Part shown: piece by piece, positions 11,185 through 25,641 of the stretch | Numbering within the stretch: the first letter of the stretch is position 1 | How the letters are laid out: every line of letters starts with the position of its first letter | From: Syncephalis fuscata S228 | Lineage: Eukaryota; Fungi; Zoopagomycota | DNA: 64,000 nt | Assembly: GCA_025786725.1 (NCBI GenBank) | Contig: JAHLTZ010000034.1 | Coordinates: forward strand, 220,973-284,972 | Direction: 5' to 3' | Notes under the pieces: model-generated | Told to the model about the DNA's origin: nothing | What the model saw: the letters and a program-made list of their open reading frames with translations, nothing else | Databases searched by the model: none | Made by a program: the position numbers and the translations under genes

Positions 11185-13792
11185 GATAATGTTGATTTGT
11201 TAAGACAAACAAATAAAAGAGATCGTAGAGTGTGGTTGATATAAAGTGTATAGTAGTGTGTGTATAGCAAGAAGTAGAATGTGATGATGATATCGTAGTT
11301 GATGGTTGTATATATTTTGTAGGCTATTTATACTTATGATTATGTTGAGCTGCCAGCATACTGTAGTATACGAGATATACCATTGGTATGTAGTATGCGC
11401 CAATAAAACAATCCAAACGATGGTTTGAAATGCGTATATACCAATAGATTTAGGTGTGATAGCATGCTTTTTAGTTTTGATTTCAACCTGCTCAGTCTTG
11501 ATTTAACCTGCCTGGTCTTGATTTTAACCTGCCCGGTCTTTACTTCAATCTGCTAGCCATTTGCCCGAATAATGCAAAAATGGTAATAATTTAATACATA
11601 TGCGATAGAGATAGGCATATTAGCTTGTATTTTTTGTTACACGGTCTAAATACTTGGTAAAAACAAGTGTATCGTTTGGCTTTGTAAAACGATAATGCTG
11701 TTTTTGCTGTCATTTCTACCGATTCAGTCCTCAATATCCGTTGCATACAGAATAGCACACAACACTGACGTAAAAACAAATATAATATATCAAACTGGTA
11801 TTTTATACATGTTTTTACTGCCATACATAAGTCAGCTGTAGTTCTTATTTTTATCAGTTTTTAGCTGTAAACTAAATTGCATCGGCTAAATTACACGCAA
11901 TACAATATGCGAACACCATACTAGACACAATAAAAAGTTCTAACACCAATTACTAGTAAATCCGAGTGCATAATGGCTGTGGATTGCATATCAACCGGTA
12001 ATCATCCAAGGCCTAAATGTTGTCCACATTCCTGAAACCACTTCTGACAGGTTAAGCAAGATAGAATGTAGAAAAAAAGCCAAGCTTGAAATTGATGGAA
12101 AACAATTGGCAGCTCAAGGGCTTACTGGTTTAGCTTATAGCAAATCATTATCGTCATACCATGTTAGACTGAGTTTATCAACGATCCAACTATTGATGAT
12201 GCAGCTAGAACAATAGCGCTAAACGAAAGTAACGCATGGAACAAAAACATTGTACATAGCATTTAATAAAACTGCAAAATATACACATGCTGTTATGCTT
12301 TGAATTGCATAAGGGGTAATTGAGGAGAGGACGAGCGAATGAGGAGAAATCAGACAATAGCGGATGATATTGTCAACAAATGTTTACTCATGAGGTTGTT
12401 GACCAGTTAAATGAGGATTAATATAGTTACATATCATAAGTAATGATTTTATGCTGTTGTAAGTTATTAAACAGGAGAAAAAAAATCCATCTATTAGATC
12501 AAAATGTGCACTTATAATTATTTATATCAGCCATTTGTTCCATAAAAGCATATACAACTAAAGTAAATAGTAAAATAGTATTAACACCATTTTCAACTAT
12601 AAAATATGTAGTTTATATTATTTGTAAGATTCAATATCAGATATTGTACTAATCATATATGAGTTTTATTATTATAATGTCGGTTCTCTGCTTAATTCAC
12701 TTGACAATAAAAATGACAGAATGTTATTACGATACCAAATTACAGTATTATGATCACATAATCATCTACCATGCGATTGATTCATGACATCCACCATGTA
12801 ATTGAACAACTGTTAGCAATAACATGTGAATAGCCACAACAACAATATACTAAATACTTGCACTAACAATCATAAACAAACAGCTATCCAAGAACATAGT
12901 TAGTAAATACTTGTTGTTTACTGACATATGAGCAACCATATGAACAAGGCTCAAATTTCATTAACAATAGTATTTACTATACACTACTAGCTTTATTGAA
13001 ACTATAATAAACATATCTATATTTCTAGTTTATATTATTTTTTATACTTTAGTTACAAATAACATTTAGTTGTTAAAAGCTTAACCGTGGTAATCAATAA
13101 TTAAACAGAAAAATCACTTATTGTTTTTTTTATAATAGCATTAGGTTCATGTTATATTAATATAAGCAATTAATTAGTATTTGCTAGCGCTTAGGTAATA
13201 GAAGTAATTGTATGCAAAACGGTAGCCATTAAGTTGCTAGTCGTTGCAGTAGTCTTTCCTTAACATAGTATCTATACCAGTACAATATCATATCATTATA
13301 TGATAGTGATAGATTTGTTGCTATTTATGATATATCTACAAATAAGCACAGTTAATTTTATTGCCAATATACCTCACTACAGTATCCATATTTAACATTG
13401 ATATATCTATATCAGCTTATGCTTATAGCTAATACAATATAACTGTACATGTATTTTGTTAATTTAACTATTTGATTAATAGTTAATCATTGAATACAGA
13501 TAAAATATAATTATCTATATCGTAATTTGATTGTATATAGCTAAGATGAAATCTTAAGTTTATTACATGTTTGCACACTTGAATAGAAACAACTAGATGC
13601 AAGCTTGTTAGTAGTGTAGTAATTTTATTGGCCGGAGAGTGCATAAACTGGAGCATTGACCAAAACTTGATATATAAATAGACTGGACGGTGTAGTTGTC
13701 AAATAGTCTTGCTTTTCACCAAATATATACCCAAAGTGTATCGGACTAGTGCTTCGATTGCGCTACCAATGCTAATGTCTTGAAACCATTGA

Positions 13793-13999
13793 TTATGCGC
13801 ATTCCGCCTTGCATCTGCCAGGTTTGTTGCATTTTTCTTTCGCATCAGGTTTAGGGACTCCTTCACATTCATTAATGCATCTGTTGCATTTAGCTTGATC
13901 CTTAGCACGACGGACTAAGGCTGGATTAGCATCCACCATGGTTGTAGCGGCTATCAAAGCCACAACGACGGTGCAAACGACAGCAATAGAAAGCTTCAT
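13793..13999 (-). CDS. Small secreted cysteine-rich peptide, copy 2
   Basis: Prepro region identical to copy 1. Mature peptide AKDQAKCNRCINECEGVPKPDAKEKCNKPGRCKAECA keeps the same Cys framework. Confidence 0.9.
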   Translation of the reverse strand: MKLSIAVVCTVVVALIAATTMVDANPALVRRAKDQAKCNRCINECEGVPKPDAKEKCNKPGRCKAECA

Positions 14000-15878
14000 G
14001 ATAATGTTGATTTGTTAAGACAAACAAATAAAAGAGATCGTAGAGTGTGGTTGATATAAAGTGTATAGTAGTGTGTGTATAGCAAGAAGTAGAATGTGAT
14101 GATGATGTCGTAGTTGATGGTTGTATATATTTTGTAGGCTATTTATACTTATGATTATGTTGAGCTGCCAGCATACTGTAGTATACGAGATATACCATTG
14201 GTATGTAGTATGCGCCAATAAAACAATCCAAACGATGGTTTGAAATGCGTATATACCAATAGATTTAGGTGTGATAGCATGCTTTTTAGTTTTGATTTCA
14301 ACCTGCTCAGTCTTGATTTAACCTGCCTGGTCTTGATTTTAACCTGCCCGGTCTTTACTTCAATCTGCTAGCCATTTGCCCGAATAATGCAAAAATGGTA
14401 ATAATTTAATACATATGCGATAGAGATAGGCATATTAGCTTGTATTTTTTGTTACACGGTCTAAATACTTGGTAAAAACAAGTGTATCGTTTGGCTTTGT
14501 AAAACGATAATGCTGTTTTTGCTGTCATTTCTACCGATTCAGTCCTCAATATCCGTTGCATACAGAATAGCACACAACACTGACGTAAAAACAAATATAA
14601 TATATCAAACTGGTATTTTATACATGTTTTTACTGCCATACATAAGTCAGCTGTAGTTCTTTATTTTTATCAGTTTTTAGCTGTAAACTAAATTGCATCG
14701 GCTAAATTACACGCAATACAATATGCGAACACCATACTAGACACAATAAAAAGTTCTAACACCAATTACTAGTAAATCCGAGTGCATAATGGCTGTGGAT
14801 TGCATATCAACCGGTAATCATCCAAGGCCTAAATGTTGTCCACATTCCTGAAACCACTTCTGACAGGTTAAGCAAGATAGAATGTAGAAAAAAAGCCAAG
14901 CTTGAAATTGATGGAAAACAATTGGCAGCTCAAGGGCTTACTGGTTTAGCTTATAGCAAATCATTATCGTCATACCATGTTAGACTGAGTTTATCAACGA
15001 TCCAACTATTGATGATGCAGCTAGAACAATAGCGCTAAACGAAAGTAACGCATGGAACAAAAACATTGTACATAGCATTTAATAAAACTGCAAAATATAC
15101 ACATGCTGTTATGCTTTGAATTGCATAAGGGGTAATTGAGGAGAGGACGAGCGAATGAGGAGAAATCAGACAATAGCGGATGATATTGTCAACAAATGTT
15201 TACTCATGAGGTTGTTGACCAGTTAAATGAGGATTAATATAGTTACATATCATAAGTAATGATTTCATGCTGTTGTAAGTTATTAAACAGAAGAAAAAAA
15301 ATCCATCTATTAGATCAAAATATGCACTTATAATTATTTATATCAGCCATTTGTTCCATAAAAGCATATACAACTAAAGTAAATAGTAAAATAGTATTAG
15401 CACCATTTTCAACTATAAAATATGTAGTTTATATTATTTGTAAATGCGTAGTGATTCAATATCAGATATTGTACTAATCATACATGAGTTTTATTGTTAT
15501 AATGTCAGCCATCTGTTTTATTTGACTGTATATAACTTGTTCAATCATAGGAATAAGACTTTAAAACAGTTATAATCATTAAGATGATCAAAATAAGTGC
15601 AATGGTGATAAAAATGAGTTAGATTGATATTAATTAAAACTACTCAATATGGTAATTATAATAATACATTAATTAAATTGTTTATTAATGGTAATAGCAA
15701 CAGCATGAATGGGCACAGCGTCTTACCATAATCATATTTTATTATATCCAATTGCATAAATACAATTTAGAAGTATTGTTTATTTATACTAGATACCTAA
15801 AATTTTATTTAAACAAACTTTTTTGTAAAATTTTCCAGTAAGCATATAGTCTGTATGCAGCGCAAAATTTTTGCAAAA

Positions 15879-15951
15879 GCTTCCTTGGCTCAGTTGGTAG
15901 AGCGTCAGTCTCATAATCTGAAGGTCGCCAGTTCGAGCCTGGCAGGGAGCA
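15879..15951 (+). tRNA. tRNA-Met (CAT), elongator type
   Basis: GCTTCCT TG GCTC AGTTGGTA GAGC G TCAGT CTCATAA TCTGA AGGTC GCCAG TTCGAGC CTGGC AGGGAGC A forms a full cloverleaf with A and B boxes. Confidence 0.97.
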
Positions 15952-16731
15952 ATGTAGCCGCGCATAGCCATGTAGCTACGCATCCATATATTTTTGCAAC
16001 ATGTACTGTTTATTTTGTTAAAAATATAGCCATCTATACTGTAAAGCGCCAATTTTTATTAATTTTTAGTCATTTTACCCAACAGACATTGATTAATATA
16101 GGTTTGCATCAATAAATTAGCAAACTATTGTTTATGAAATGTGTTTAGATAAACGACAACATAGTATTGTAAATTATTTACTTGGTAGAGCTATCATTTG
16201 TCTATATAGCTTGTAAACATGTAAATTAACAACAAATTAATAAAATGCTATAATGTATTAGATATATTAAGCAATATGATATCGTATTTTATTTATATTA
16301 TCATCATAGCAATCAGATTATATAATAATGCCGGTCTATCCAAGCTATCAAACAAATAAATGAACTACATTTGGCGTAGCTCATATCTAACGTTTATTCT
16401 TTAATTACAAATAGTTATTATTAAAATACGTACTAACTATAGTACTGCCAATTGAGAATACTAAATAATACACTACATGTTATAATAATTAGCCTATAGA
16501 ATACACTTATTAATTATGATATGTTTAATAAAATGGACTGTATTTTATTTATTATATATTCAAGTATTACTAACATATACATATATATAATAAATTCATT
16601 GATGTTTGATGTAATTTCTTACACAATACTACTACAACTTATTATAAATATACTACTTTAATAATAATAATAATTAAATGGTTTAAATCGAGTTAAATTA
16701 TAGCAATCTATATAATATAATAAAATAAACT

Positions 16732-19700
16732 TTATTCAGAATCACTGTCAAAAATATTAGTGTTTTTTGTAGATAAATCCAAGCTATTATCCAGATCCTA
16801 TTATTATTATTTACAACAAATATTAGCGAATTATTTCATTATACATTAATAACTTACCGTTATAAGATGCGAACGATCCCATGTATGACTATATGATTTA
16901 ATAATAGTATGTAGACTAACACGCACTCTATCCAGAGCATCAACAGAGTAGCCATCGCTAATGGCCACCATTCGGTCGGTCCATTGTTCTAACTGTGCTT
17001 CATCTATAGTCACTTGTCTTGATATTGTTTCCACGAGTGTTGTAGATTCAACTTCGGCGACAATAGAAGGTGCGGCTTCTTCAGATGGCAATAATAGCAG
17101 CGGCGGCTGTTGTTGTTGTTTTTGTTCTTCTTCTATTGTGTCAACTGTCATAGCCGCAATAGGATCATGACTCAAATCTACTTTTTATTAATAATGATAT
17201 ACACGTAGTACTATTATAATTACCTTGCAATAAAGTGTTATCATCATCATCATTATTATTACTATTATTATGCTCAACTAATAATGTACTAGTTGGTGGT
17301 GTGTTGATCGGATTATCAATTGCTAGAGTAGCCATTGACTCATGAACTGATTGCTGCGAGTCCATAACTTCTTCACTATAATTGGGTTCCATTTTTACTT
17401 GCTGTTCCTCTTGAGGCGCTGTAGTTGTAGATAGATCATCAATAGCTGGCGTATCAATAACCATATTCATTGTATCATCTGTCTCCATGTCTTTCGATGT
17501 CGATACAACAGGCAGTGACGGCTCAATCTCCATCGATCCAGTGTTACTTGTAATAGTTGTAGTCAATGGTGCTGTAGCTGGAACACTTGTATCAGGTAGA
17601 CTGCCTTGTAATCGACGACTTCTTCGGTGTGGTGTCATCATCGTTGCTGGATCAGGTTGACCACCTATAATATTATTAGTTACTACTTATATATATATAT
17701 TATCTAGCTACTTACTTTCTTGTTGCCATGCTTCTTCTCGAAGTTTCAATCGTTCATGTCGATCTGCAATTTCATCAATTCGCTCTTCTAGCTGATAGTT
17801 CCAAGAACGAACACTAGTGGCCACTTCATCCAACATCAATGCGCCTAATAGATATTTGTTAAATAAACGCCGATGATAGATGCAACACTTACAATAGAGT
17901 GATATGGACGATGTTCTTCAGTATTGGCCCAACTCATAATGCTAATATTCTCTGCCCAATATTCAAGATCGCTGAAGAATTCACTTGTCCGTTGATAACC
18001 TTGTTTACGACGGGCCGTCTTGTCCCAAATAGCTATTAAATCCAGCGGTGAATCTGTATCTACAGGCAATTGTGTTGCTATATCAATCGGTTGTAGCTAT
18101 TACCAATTAAGCGTTAGTAGGCCATTATTAATACTAAGTGCAATAAATAACTTACTCGCTCATTGAACAGCTCTTTAAAATCTTTACGTAATTTCTGCAC
18201 CGAGGACATAGTATTGTATAGCTGCAATCTAAATACACCCATCCAAAATCTATCATAATGATAATCATTGTAAGCTGTTGAACTACATGCTCAATAATAT
18301 ACCGACTCGTCATAATCTCGCTGCTCCTTGCTAACCAGTTGACTAGGTGGACGTGTTGGTGGTGGAGGCGCCAATGGCAGTGTTGGCAATGTTGAACCTT
18401 CTTTGCCATCACTTGATCCATCCATTGTAGTAGATACGGTTTCCGGTTCTGATGTCGGTGGACAATAAATATCTTTGTGCAATGACGTAAAAAATTGACG
18501 CCGTGCCATCTATTGATATCATTAGTTAGTCTATTCAATATACATACTAGTCGTTGTAATACTTACCGCATCCGGCAAGGTTGGCTGCACAACATGGCAC
18601 TGTCCTCCCTTAAACCACTCCTTAATACTGGCCGGTAGCTCTTTTGGCCGACATTCACAGGTAGCCAATAATAGGATGGGATCGTAGGGATTTAGACTGC
18701 GTAGTAAGCTGCTAAATGTTGATATTACTAGCTCTGACAATGGGCCACACCAATGATCCAACTGTGGAATATATAATACACTTGGCCGGTGCCGTTTGGC
18801 CTCAACAAACAGTTGAACACAGGCTGCTTCTGGTGTCTATAAATATCATTTATAGGTCAAATAAATATGATAGCAATATGTTAATTGTCACTTACTCGTG
18901 TTGTTTCCGACATCAATGAACCCAAATCAAATGAACATACTTGACAGCCTTCTAGTATTTGTAGAACAGCTTGTCCTAATGCTAATTGGCCCATACCGGG
19001 CTCACCAGCAATTAAAAGACGAGGCCGGAATACATTGGATGGTGCCGTGCCTATATAATAAACAATTAATAAAATAGTATGGTATATTGTATTAATTAAC
19101 ATTGCTTGCCATCACTATTAAACTGATCTAGGCTGGGGTGGCTTAAATCGGTTGGTGCCGATACAGATGTCTTTTTAACGCCATCAGGTAAAAGAGAATT
19201 TAACGATTTCTGTACTTGTTGCCATGCTGCTTCAAGTAACGGAGCAATACTTGAAGGTAGTGGTGCAGCGACAGCCGCTACAGACCGATAAGAAGATGGT
19301 ACCATATCTAATATATATATATATGTGTGTGTGTGAATAAGTGGTTATTCATTAAATAAATATGGCAATTTACCTTTCATAGCAGCTACAAAATCTATCT
19401 CGGTTACATTAACAGATCGTGGATCTAATAGTAGCTTATGTTGACTATTATAGATTTGTGGATACCGACGTCTAATTGCTCTTAGTGCCGCTTCCGTTGA
19501 TAATGCCTAGTAATTATGAGTATTAATTAATATCAATAGTACAAATGGCTATTACCTTAATATCAGCACCACCATATCCTTTAGTTGCCGCAGCTAATCG
19601 ATCTTTAAAAATATCGGTAATAGGTGGCTGCCAGTGCTGTGTATTAATATCTATAATACGGCGACGGGCAAGTTCATTAGGTAGACCAAAGTAGAATTCA

Positions 19701-20407
19701 CGATCAAAACGGCCGGGTCGACGTAGAGCTGGATCAATAGCATCTACACGATTAGTTGCACCAATCACTACTACTTGGCCTATTAACAACAAGAATAATA
19801 GTAATAAGATTAGTTAATATAATGTTATATTATATTATAATTACCTCTATGATCTAGTCCATCCATTAAGGCGAGTAAAGTTGAAACAATAGATGCGTGA
19901 ATTTGATCCTGTCGACTAGAACGTACTGGTGCCAATCCTGATTAAACCAATTAAAATTAAACAATTTATTATAAAAATAACATTACGTACCATCAATTTC
20001 ATCAAAAAATATAATACTTGGTTGCCATTCCTTGGCGGCATCAAATAACAAACGTAATTGCCGTTCTGCCTCACCCACCCATTTACTAAGACAATCAGCA
20101 CCTTTACGCATAAAGAAGGCTATTTTACGTAATTGTTAATATCTAGTCATTACATAGTTTATTAAACTACTTACCAACAGGTGGTTGGTCGTTGTACAGC
20201 TATTGGCCAAAGCACGAGCCATTAATGTTTTACCCGTACCCGGGGACCTGATAAAAGACATTAAGACATTAAACACTTAAATGCTTAAATGCTTACCATG
20301 AAAGATTACACCTCTGGGAGGAATAATTCGCTTTTCTGTAAATAATTCCGGATAAAGTAATGGCAATACAACCATTTCTTTTAATGCTCGAATATCTATT
20401 AATAAAA

Positions 20408-20451
<44 letters not shown>

Positions 20452-22947
20452 TAATAGTGGCTATATCATATAACTTACGCTCATCTAATCCACCAATAGC
20501 GTTAAAATCAACACCACGCGATACACCCAATGGATCAGTATCGGCCAACACCATATCTATACATCATGTATATATATATATTACTATATTAATATACTAA
20601 TATTACTATTAATCATATTATTAATTACCTTTCTTACGTAGTCCAGGTGGACCTCGATCATCAGGCAATTCAGCAATATTAAATGGCAGTACTGGTTGAG
20701 CACCTGATCCGCCATTCATTACATTGTTGCCGCCACCACCTGCTGCTGCCTTGCCACCATCACTATCACTATCTGAACCTGGTCTATATAACATCATTAT
20801 ATTAAGTATAATCAGTTAATCAATTGATACGTTATATTAATACACATTGCCTACCTAAACATAAAGGCATGTCCACCACGTGGTACGCGTCGTCGGTTTG
20901 GATTGGCAAAGTTTAAAGAGGCAGCATTATTCATATCACGTGCAGCATTGGGTCCACTAGCACCACCGCGTCGGCCATTGGCATTCTGTTCAGCCTTGCG
21001 CATATTCGACTCAAGCATAGAATTGAAATAACTAACTTCATCGTAGTTCTTTGGTGCGGCCCGTGTTCGTAAACGGTATTTACGCGGTGTGCCATTCAGT
21101 CCATCTTCATCTTCATCCTCTTCATGGCCCTCGGTATCTTCTAAATGACCGTGCAAATGGTGGTGGTGATGTGCTTGGGCACTGACTGAGGGTGGCACTG
21201 GCTGTCCATTATCTAATCGCTGATAATTAACACGATTACGTTGCCGTAGACCGGCCCGGCCCGTTGGCACATATTTCTCTACGTTCTTCATATCAACGCC
21301 GTCTTCATCTTCATCAAAGGAATTAGTCATTCCAGCTGTTTCTCTCAACCGGTCAAGGAATCCTCGTTTAGTTGATCGAGCTGGAAGATTACGGCCCCGT
21401 CCACCGGTTGCTACTGTCTTTGACGCGGTTGGTGGATTAGTATTTGATGCAGTAGTAGAATTGGAACGACGTGTTCGTAACTCCATGGTAGAATGTCTTA
21501 CTTGAGTAGTTTTGCCACCTGTGGACATAGTGGCACTTGTAGCAGCGTAATTGGCACGGGCTGAACTACGACGGCGTGGCCTGCCATAGTCACCATCGTC
21601 ATCGTCATCGTCATCGTGGTCGTCCCCGTCTTCATCGTCGTCTTCATCATGCTCTACATTCAGTTCCGTTCCATGATTATCCTCGCTGTTGTGATCTTCA
21701 TCCATTGGAACGTAGTTATCGTCATCATCGCTATGAATAGACTGTCGCTGTCGTTGTAATCGACTACTACGGCGTGTTTGAGCTGTATCATGATCATGAT
21801 CAGCGTTAATAGCTGCTTCTGTATTGCTGTTATTTATACTGGTCGATTGGTGATTACGTAGTGATAGTCTCGATTGCCGTAATGTTCCTCTATGTCTTAA
21901 ACTGCTTGATGTATTGTCATTCATATAATCGTCTTGGTTATTATCGTCTTCATCGTGGGCATCAAGTGCGTAGGATAGACCATTATTACGACGTCGATTA
22001 TGTAAATGGTCCTGTAACTTTGTATTTGATTCATCTTCATTGATGACATCATCACTAACTAGTGCTGCTTCTAAATCGGCTTCACTTGGTTCTGCATATG
22101 ATCGTCGATTACGAATACGTAAAGACCGACCCGTTGATACCTCTGGCTCTCCTTCTTCCCCTTCTTCTTCGTGTGTTGCTGCTTTCAATGCTGCTGGATA
22201 TCGAATACGAAGTTTAATACCATTTCCGCTAATTTCAGTTCCAGTAATTGATGGTAATCCACTTGTAACTGGCGTAACACTAGGTAAGTTAGTATTTGTA
22301 TTGTTTAAAAGCTGTCCTGTAATTGCTTCAGTAGTAGCAGTAAGTGTTGCTGTAGTTGAAGTTATACTATAACTGTTTGAGCCATCTCCTAGATTTTGGC
22401 TATTAATTGTTGTAGTAGATGCCATTCGTCGCCGTTTAACACCAATGACTCGACCGTCAGTATCATCTTCTTCGTCATTGCCGTTATCTTCATCTTGATT
22501 AGTATAGCCACTATGGACATGTTCATTGTTGTTGTTGTTGCTGTTATTGTTACCGATAATAGTATTATTGCTATTGGTGCCAACAATATTATCCAATGTT
22601 ACTACACCTTGAAGTGATAACTCTTCATCTACTGGTTCTTCATCAGATAGTGCAACAACATTACGCCCACGACGTAAACGACGTCCAAGAGGTGCTGCAG
22701 TGGATAGATCGTCGTTACTATTGTCGCTCATATTGCCACTAAATGTGTTGACACTCGTTTGTTGTTCAACGGCAATATCACCACTCATGTTAAATAAACT
22801 TTGATCTGGTAGTATCATAGGCCCCTCAAAACCTGGTGGCATAAAATTCATAGGCTGACCACCATTATTTGCTGCGGCGGCGGCTGCGGCGGCTGCAACT
22901 TGCATCAAAAACTGCTCCTCTTCTTTTGAAAATAAAGTAGGCTGCAT
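16732..22947 (-). CDS. YTA7: AAA+ ATPase/bromodomain histone chaperone (Yta7/Abo1/ATAD2), many exons
   Basis: Long acidic disordered N-terminal exon, Walker A (FHGPPGTGKTLMARALA), FMRKGADCLSKWVGEAERQLRLLF, QVVVIGATNRVDAIDPALRRPGRFDREFYF, second AAA domain (FRPRLLIAGEPGMGQ) and a degenerate bromodomain region. Stop in the last exon (...DSDSE*) at 16732. Confidence 0.95.
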
Positions 22948-23907
22948 GGCTTAATCGCCAAGGCAGAGTCTAGTATATCCCTTTATTTGTAAACACACTA
23001 TCGCCTAGACACCAGCAGTGCCTCAATGCACAGTTAGGATGTATACACACGTAGGTGCAACGGGATATACACTGATTCTATTATACTGGGTATAGGCCTA
23101 CAAGCTGATCTTAAGAATCACTTGTTGGCAATCTCACTGGAAACGCCTCAATCGTTACCAATACCCGTAGACAAACACAAGATGAATGGTATTCGACAGG
23201 TAAGAAGCTACTAGAAAACAGTTACAGCAAGTCAGAGTAAGAAACAATGCCTGGTAGTGGTGGCATTAATAGAAATATAAACACACCATAGTGCTCAAAT
23301 GGTGCATAATAAAAACTGTACTAGAAAGTATCCATGCACACTTGTTCACACAAAAATATGCACACATAGACACACACACACAGAGAGAGAGAAAGGAGAG
23401 GAATAAGCTTTAACTTACCAAATTTTAAGGTCAAGAATTTAAATAAAACGCGTGTTGTAGTGCTGGCACTAGACGCACCACACTTGGTAGATATTGCGTA
23501 CCGCAGTAGTAGTCGGTATAATAAGAAAAATTATATTCTTGTTCAATCTATTAGTCTTAGTAAATGTATATAGTAGGTACATACACGGCTAAAGCGTAAC
23601 CTGAGGCCAAGGTACCCTGATGACTATAGACGACACGAACAAAGCGTGAAGAGTATAAGGTGGTTGATTTTGATACAAAAAGGTGAAGTGGTTCATGTGT
23701 CAACACTGTGTAGCTGAATTTTACTGACTCCACAGTCTTTATTTGCCTATTTCATTTCCTTTTTCTTAATACTTTTGAATACAATTGACCATTCACTCAT
23801 CACTATAACATGTATAATATTCTATTCAACATTAATTGATTCATGTGTAATTATCAATACAATAATGTAATTAATTAGTTATCTTTATTACTGCTTTAAT
23901 ATATGTA

Positions 23908-24405
23908 TATTGTCATTTATGATATTAATTGTTTAAAATGTCATTTATTTAGTCAGATTGGTTATAAGGAAATTGCTGTTTAATAAACGACTTTTATACT
24001 AATTATATTAATCTTGATCTTACATCACAAATATGTCCAAAATGCAATAGTAGAATATTAGACAATAGAATAGACCATTCAGATGCAACAACAACAAATG
24101 CGAATGACATGAAATTGCAATCATATGGCTTCTATTAATATTTGATTAATCTTTTTACACATGGCCAACAACAACAATGATCAATTTCAAATGTTCCAAA
24201 GAACTCAAATGGTATTTTACATTATTTATTTAAATGTTTAAAATAGCAGCTACTGATACAACATTTTGTTACATTTAATCAGTTTTATTTTATGGAAATG
24301 ATCATTATATTACGTTCATGTTTATTATGAGTGATGATTTAAACACAAATCAATCTAATCAAACTATTACAATTGATTGCGTAAAATGATTTATTACGCT
24401 AAATG
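23908..24405 (+). mobile_element. Non-autonomous Fanzor-derived element, copy B (ends degraded)
   Basis: LTSQICPKCNSRILDNRIDHSDA...HMASINI relic. Collinear with copy D over ~500 bp, including non-coding flanks. Confidence 0.7.
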
Positions 24406-24825
24406 AAATTAAATAATGTCGATTGTTAGCATAATAATAATAGCTATTAGTCATTAAGCTTTTGTGCTTTGATTTAGATGTGCGGATACAATATGACATG
24501 TATTTGTTTTTGACAGTCATTATGTAGTGCTTATATACCGCACGCTATATTTTATTAACTTATAATAATTACACCTTTATTATAACTAGCTGAACAAAAC
24601 TAAATAGTATTAAACAGGTGTTCAACATACACATTAAACAAGTATTTGGCGACAGTTATAGTACAGCACAACATAGCAGCTTTAATTATAATCATTTGAT
24701 GCTCAAATGTGATGGCAACATGAACTATTCATTAATAAAGCGGTATTAAACCATTGCTGTAATAATGACAGCCGTAAAAGCATCTGGGGTGTAGCAAAGT
24801 TATGGAACATTGATGAATGAAATGA

Positions 24826-25104
24826 TTAGCGGAAGAGCTTGAATTGGCCAGTAGGTGTACGGCGAAGATGGGCATCGGTGGTCAACTTCCAGCCCATGTA
24901 AGAGAAGGCACCTATAGAGGTAGCATTGGTTAGTGGATTGAGCTAGTAGTACTATCTAGTAATATGGCCACTAGTATACTGCCACTTACCGACGACACCG
25001 GTACCGCATACGGCGAGCAATACGACCAATTCAGGGCGGGTACGACGGACAGCTACTCGGTTAAAGGCAGCGGCGGCCTGGCGGGCAGCTGGTGATGGTT
25101 GCAT
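24826..25104 (-). CDS. NDUFA4/B12D (MLRQ)-like small mitochondrial membrane protein, paralog 1 (exons 25104-24990, 24911-24826)
   Basis: Spliced product MQPSPAARQAAAAFNRVAVRRTRPELVVLLAVCGTGVVGAFSYMGWKLTTDAHLRRTPTGQFKLFR* follows the PE-hydrophobic helix-GA-KL..D..LR pattern. Confidence 0.75.
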
Positions 25105-25641
25105 GTTGATAACAGTATTTCAAAGGAACCACAAGTACACAGATGTTGCTAGGTGAGTAAAGAGAAAGATAGTAGAACAAGTTGGAAAGGGGCGTGTGGG
25201 TGTCGTAAGCACTGCAAATAAGTAGTGTTAGGGCGAGAACAGAGAGAGAGAGAGAACTGGAATGATGCTTGTTGGTTGGTTCGTTGAGCAGTTGTGTACA
25301 CAGGTGAGCAGTTAGTAATGATGGTAGGAGCTGCAGAATAGTATGCATCTTAGGCCAATGGCCCAATGTGACTTCGTGATGGTGGCACGAGCGTCGTTGT
25401 GGGGCAGTACTACCTCAATGGTGCCGGCTATTGGCCAGATTCCTACACTAGCACGTTATGCGTTGTTTATGGCAATTGTCAACGTTTGGTCGTTTTCTCG
25501 TAGCACATTTACACTGACGTAGATCTTTAAGCTTATAATTGTATAGGCATATAACATCACTGGGACTTTATTATGAGATATAACTAAACCAAAGATAAAA
25601 AGAAACAAAACTGGACTGAATAGCTGGATATAGCGCAGTGC

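Larger units (their letters stand above)
9888..15506. repeat. Direct tandem segmental duplication, ~2.8-kb units (9888-~12682 and 12721-~15506)
   Basis: Both units start atgttattacgataccaaattac and are near-identical throughout, except in the mature-peptide coding region. Confidence 0.97.

Noticed and set aside
11960-12420. Coding-like stretch in the duplicated unit (KKAKLEIDGKQLAAQGL..., EFINDPTIDDAARTIAL...)
   Set aside because: Fragmented by stops and frameshifts, and no family is recognisable. Possibly an old pseudogene, but unsupported.
20407-20450. (TTA)n run; also (TA)n at ~51944-51967 and (TG)n at ~61459-61475
   Set aside because: Ordinary intronic or intergenic microsatellites, not telomeric repeats.
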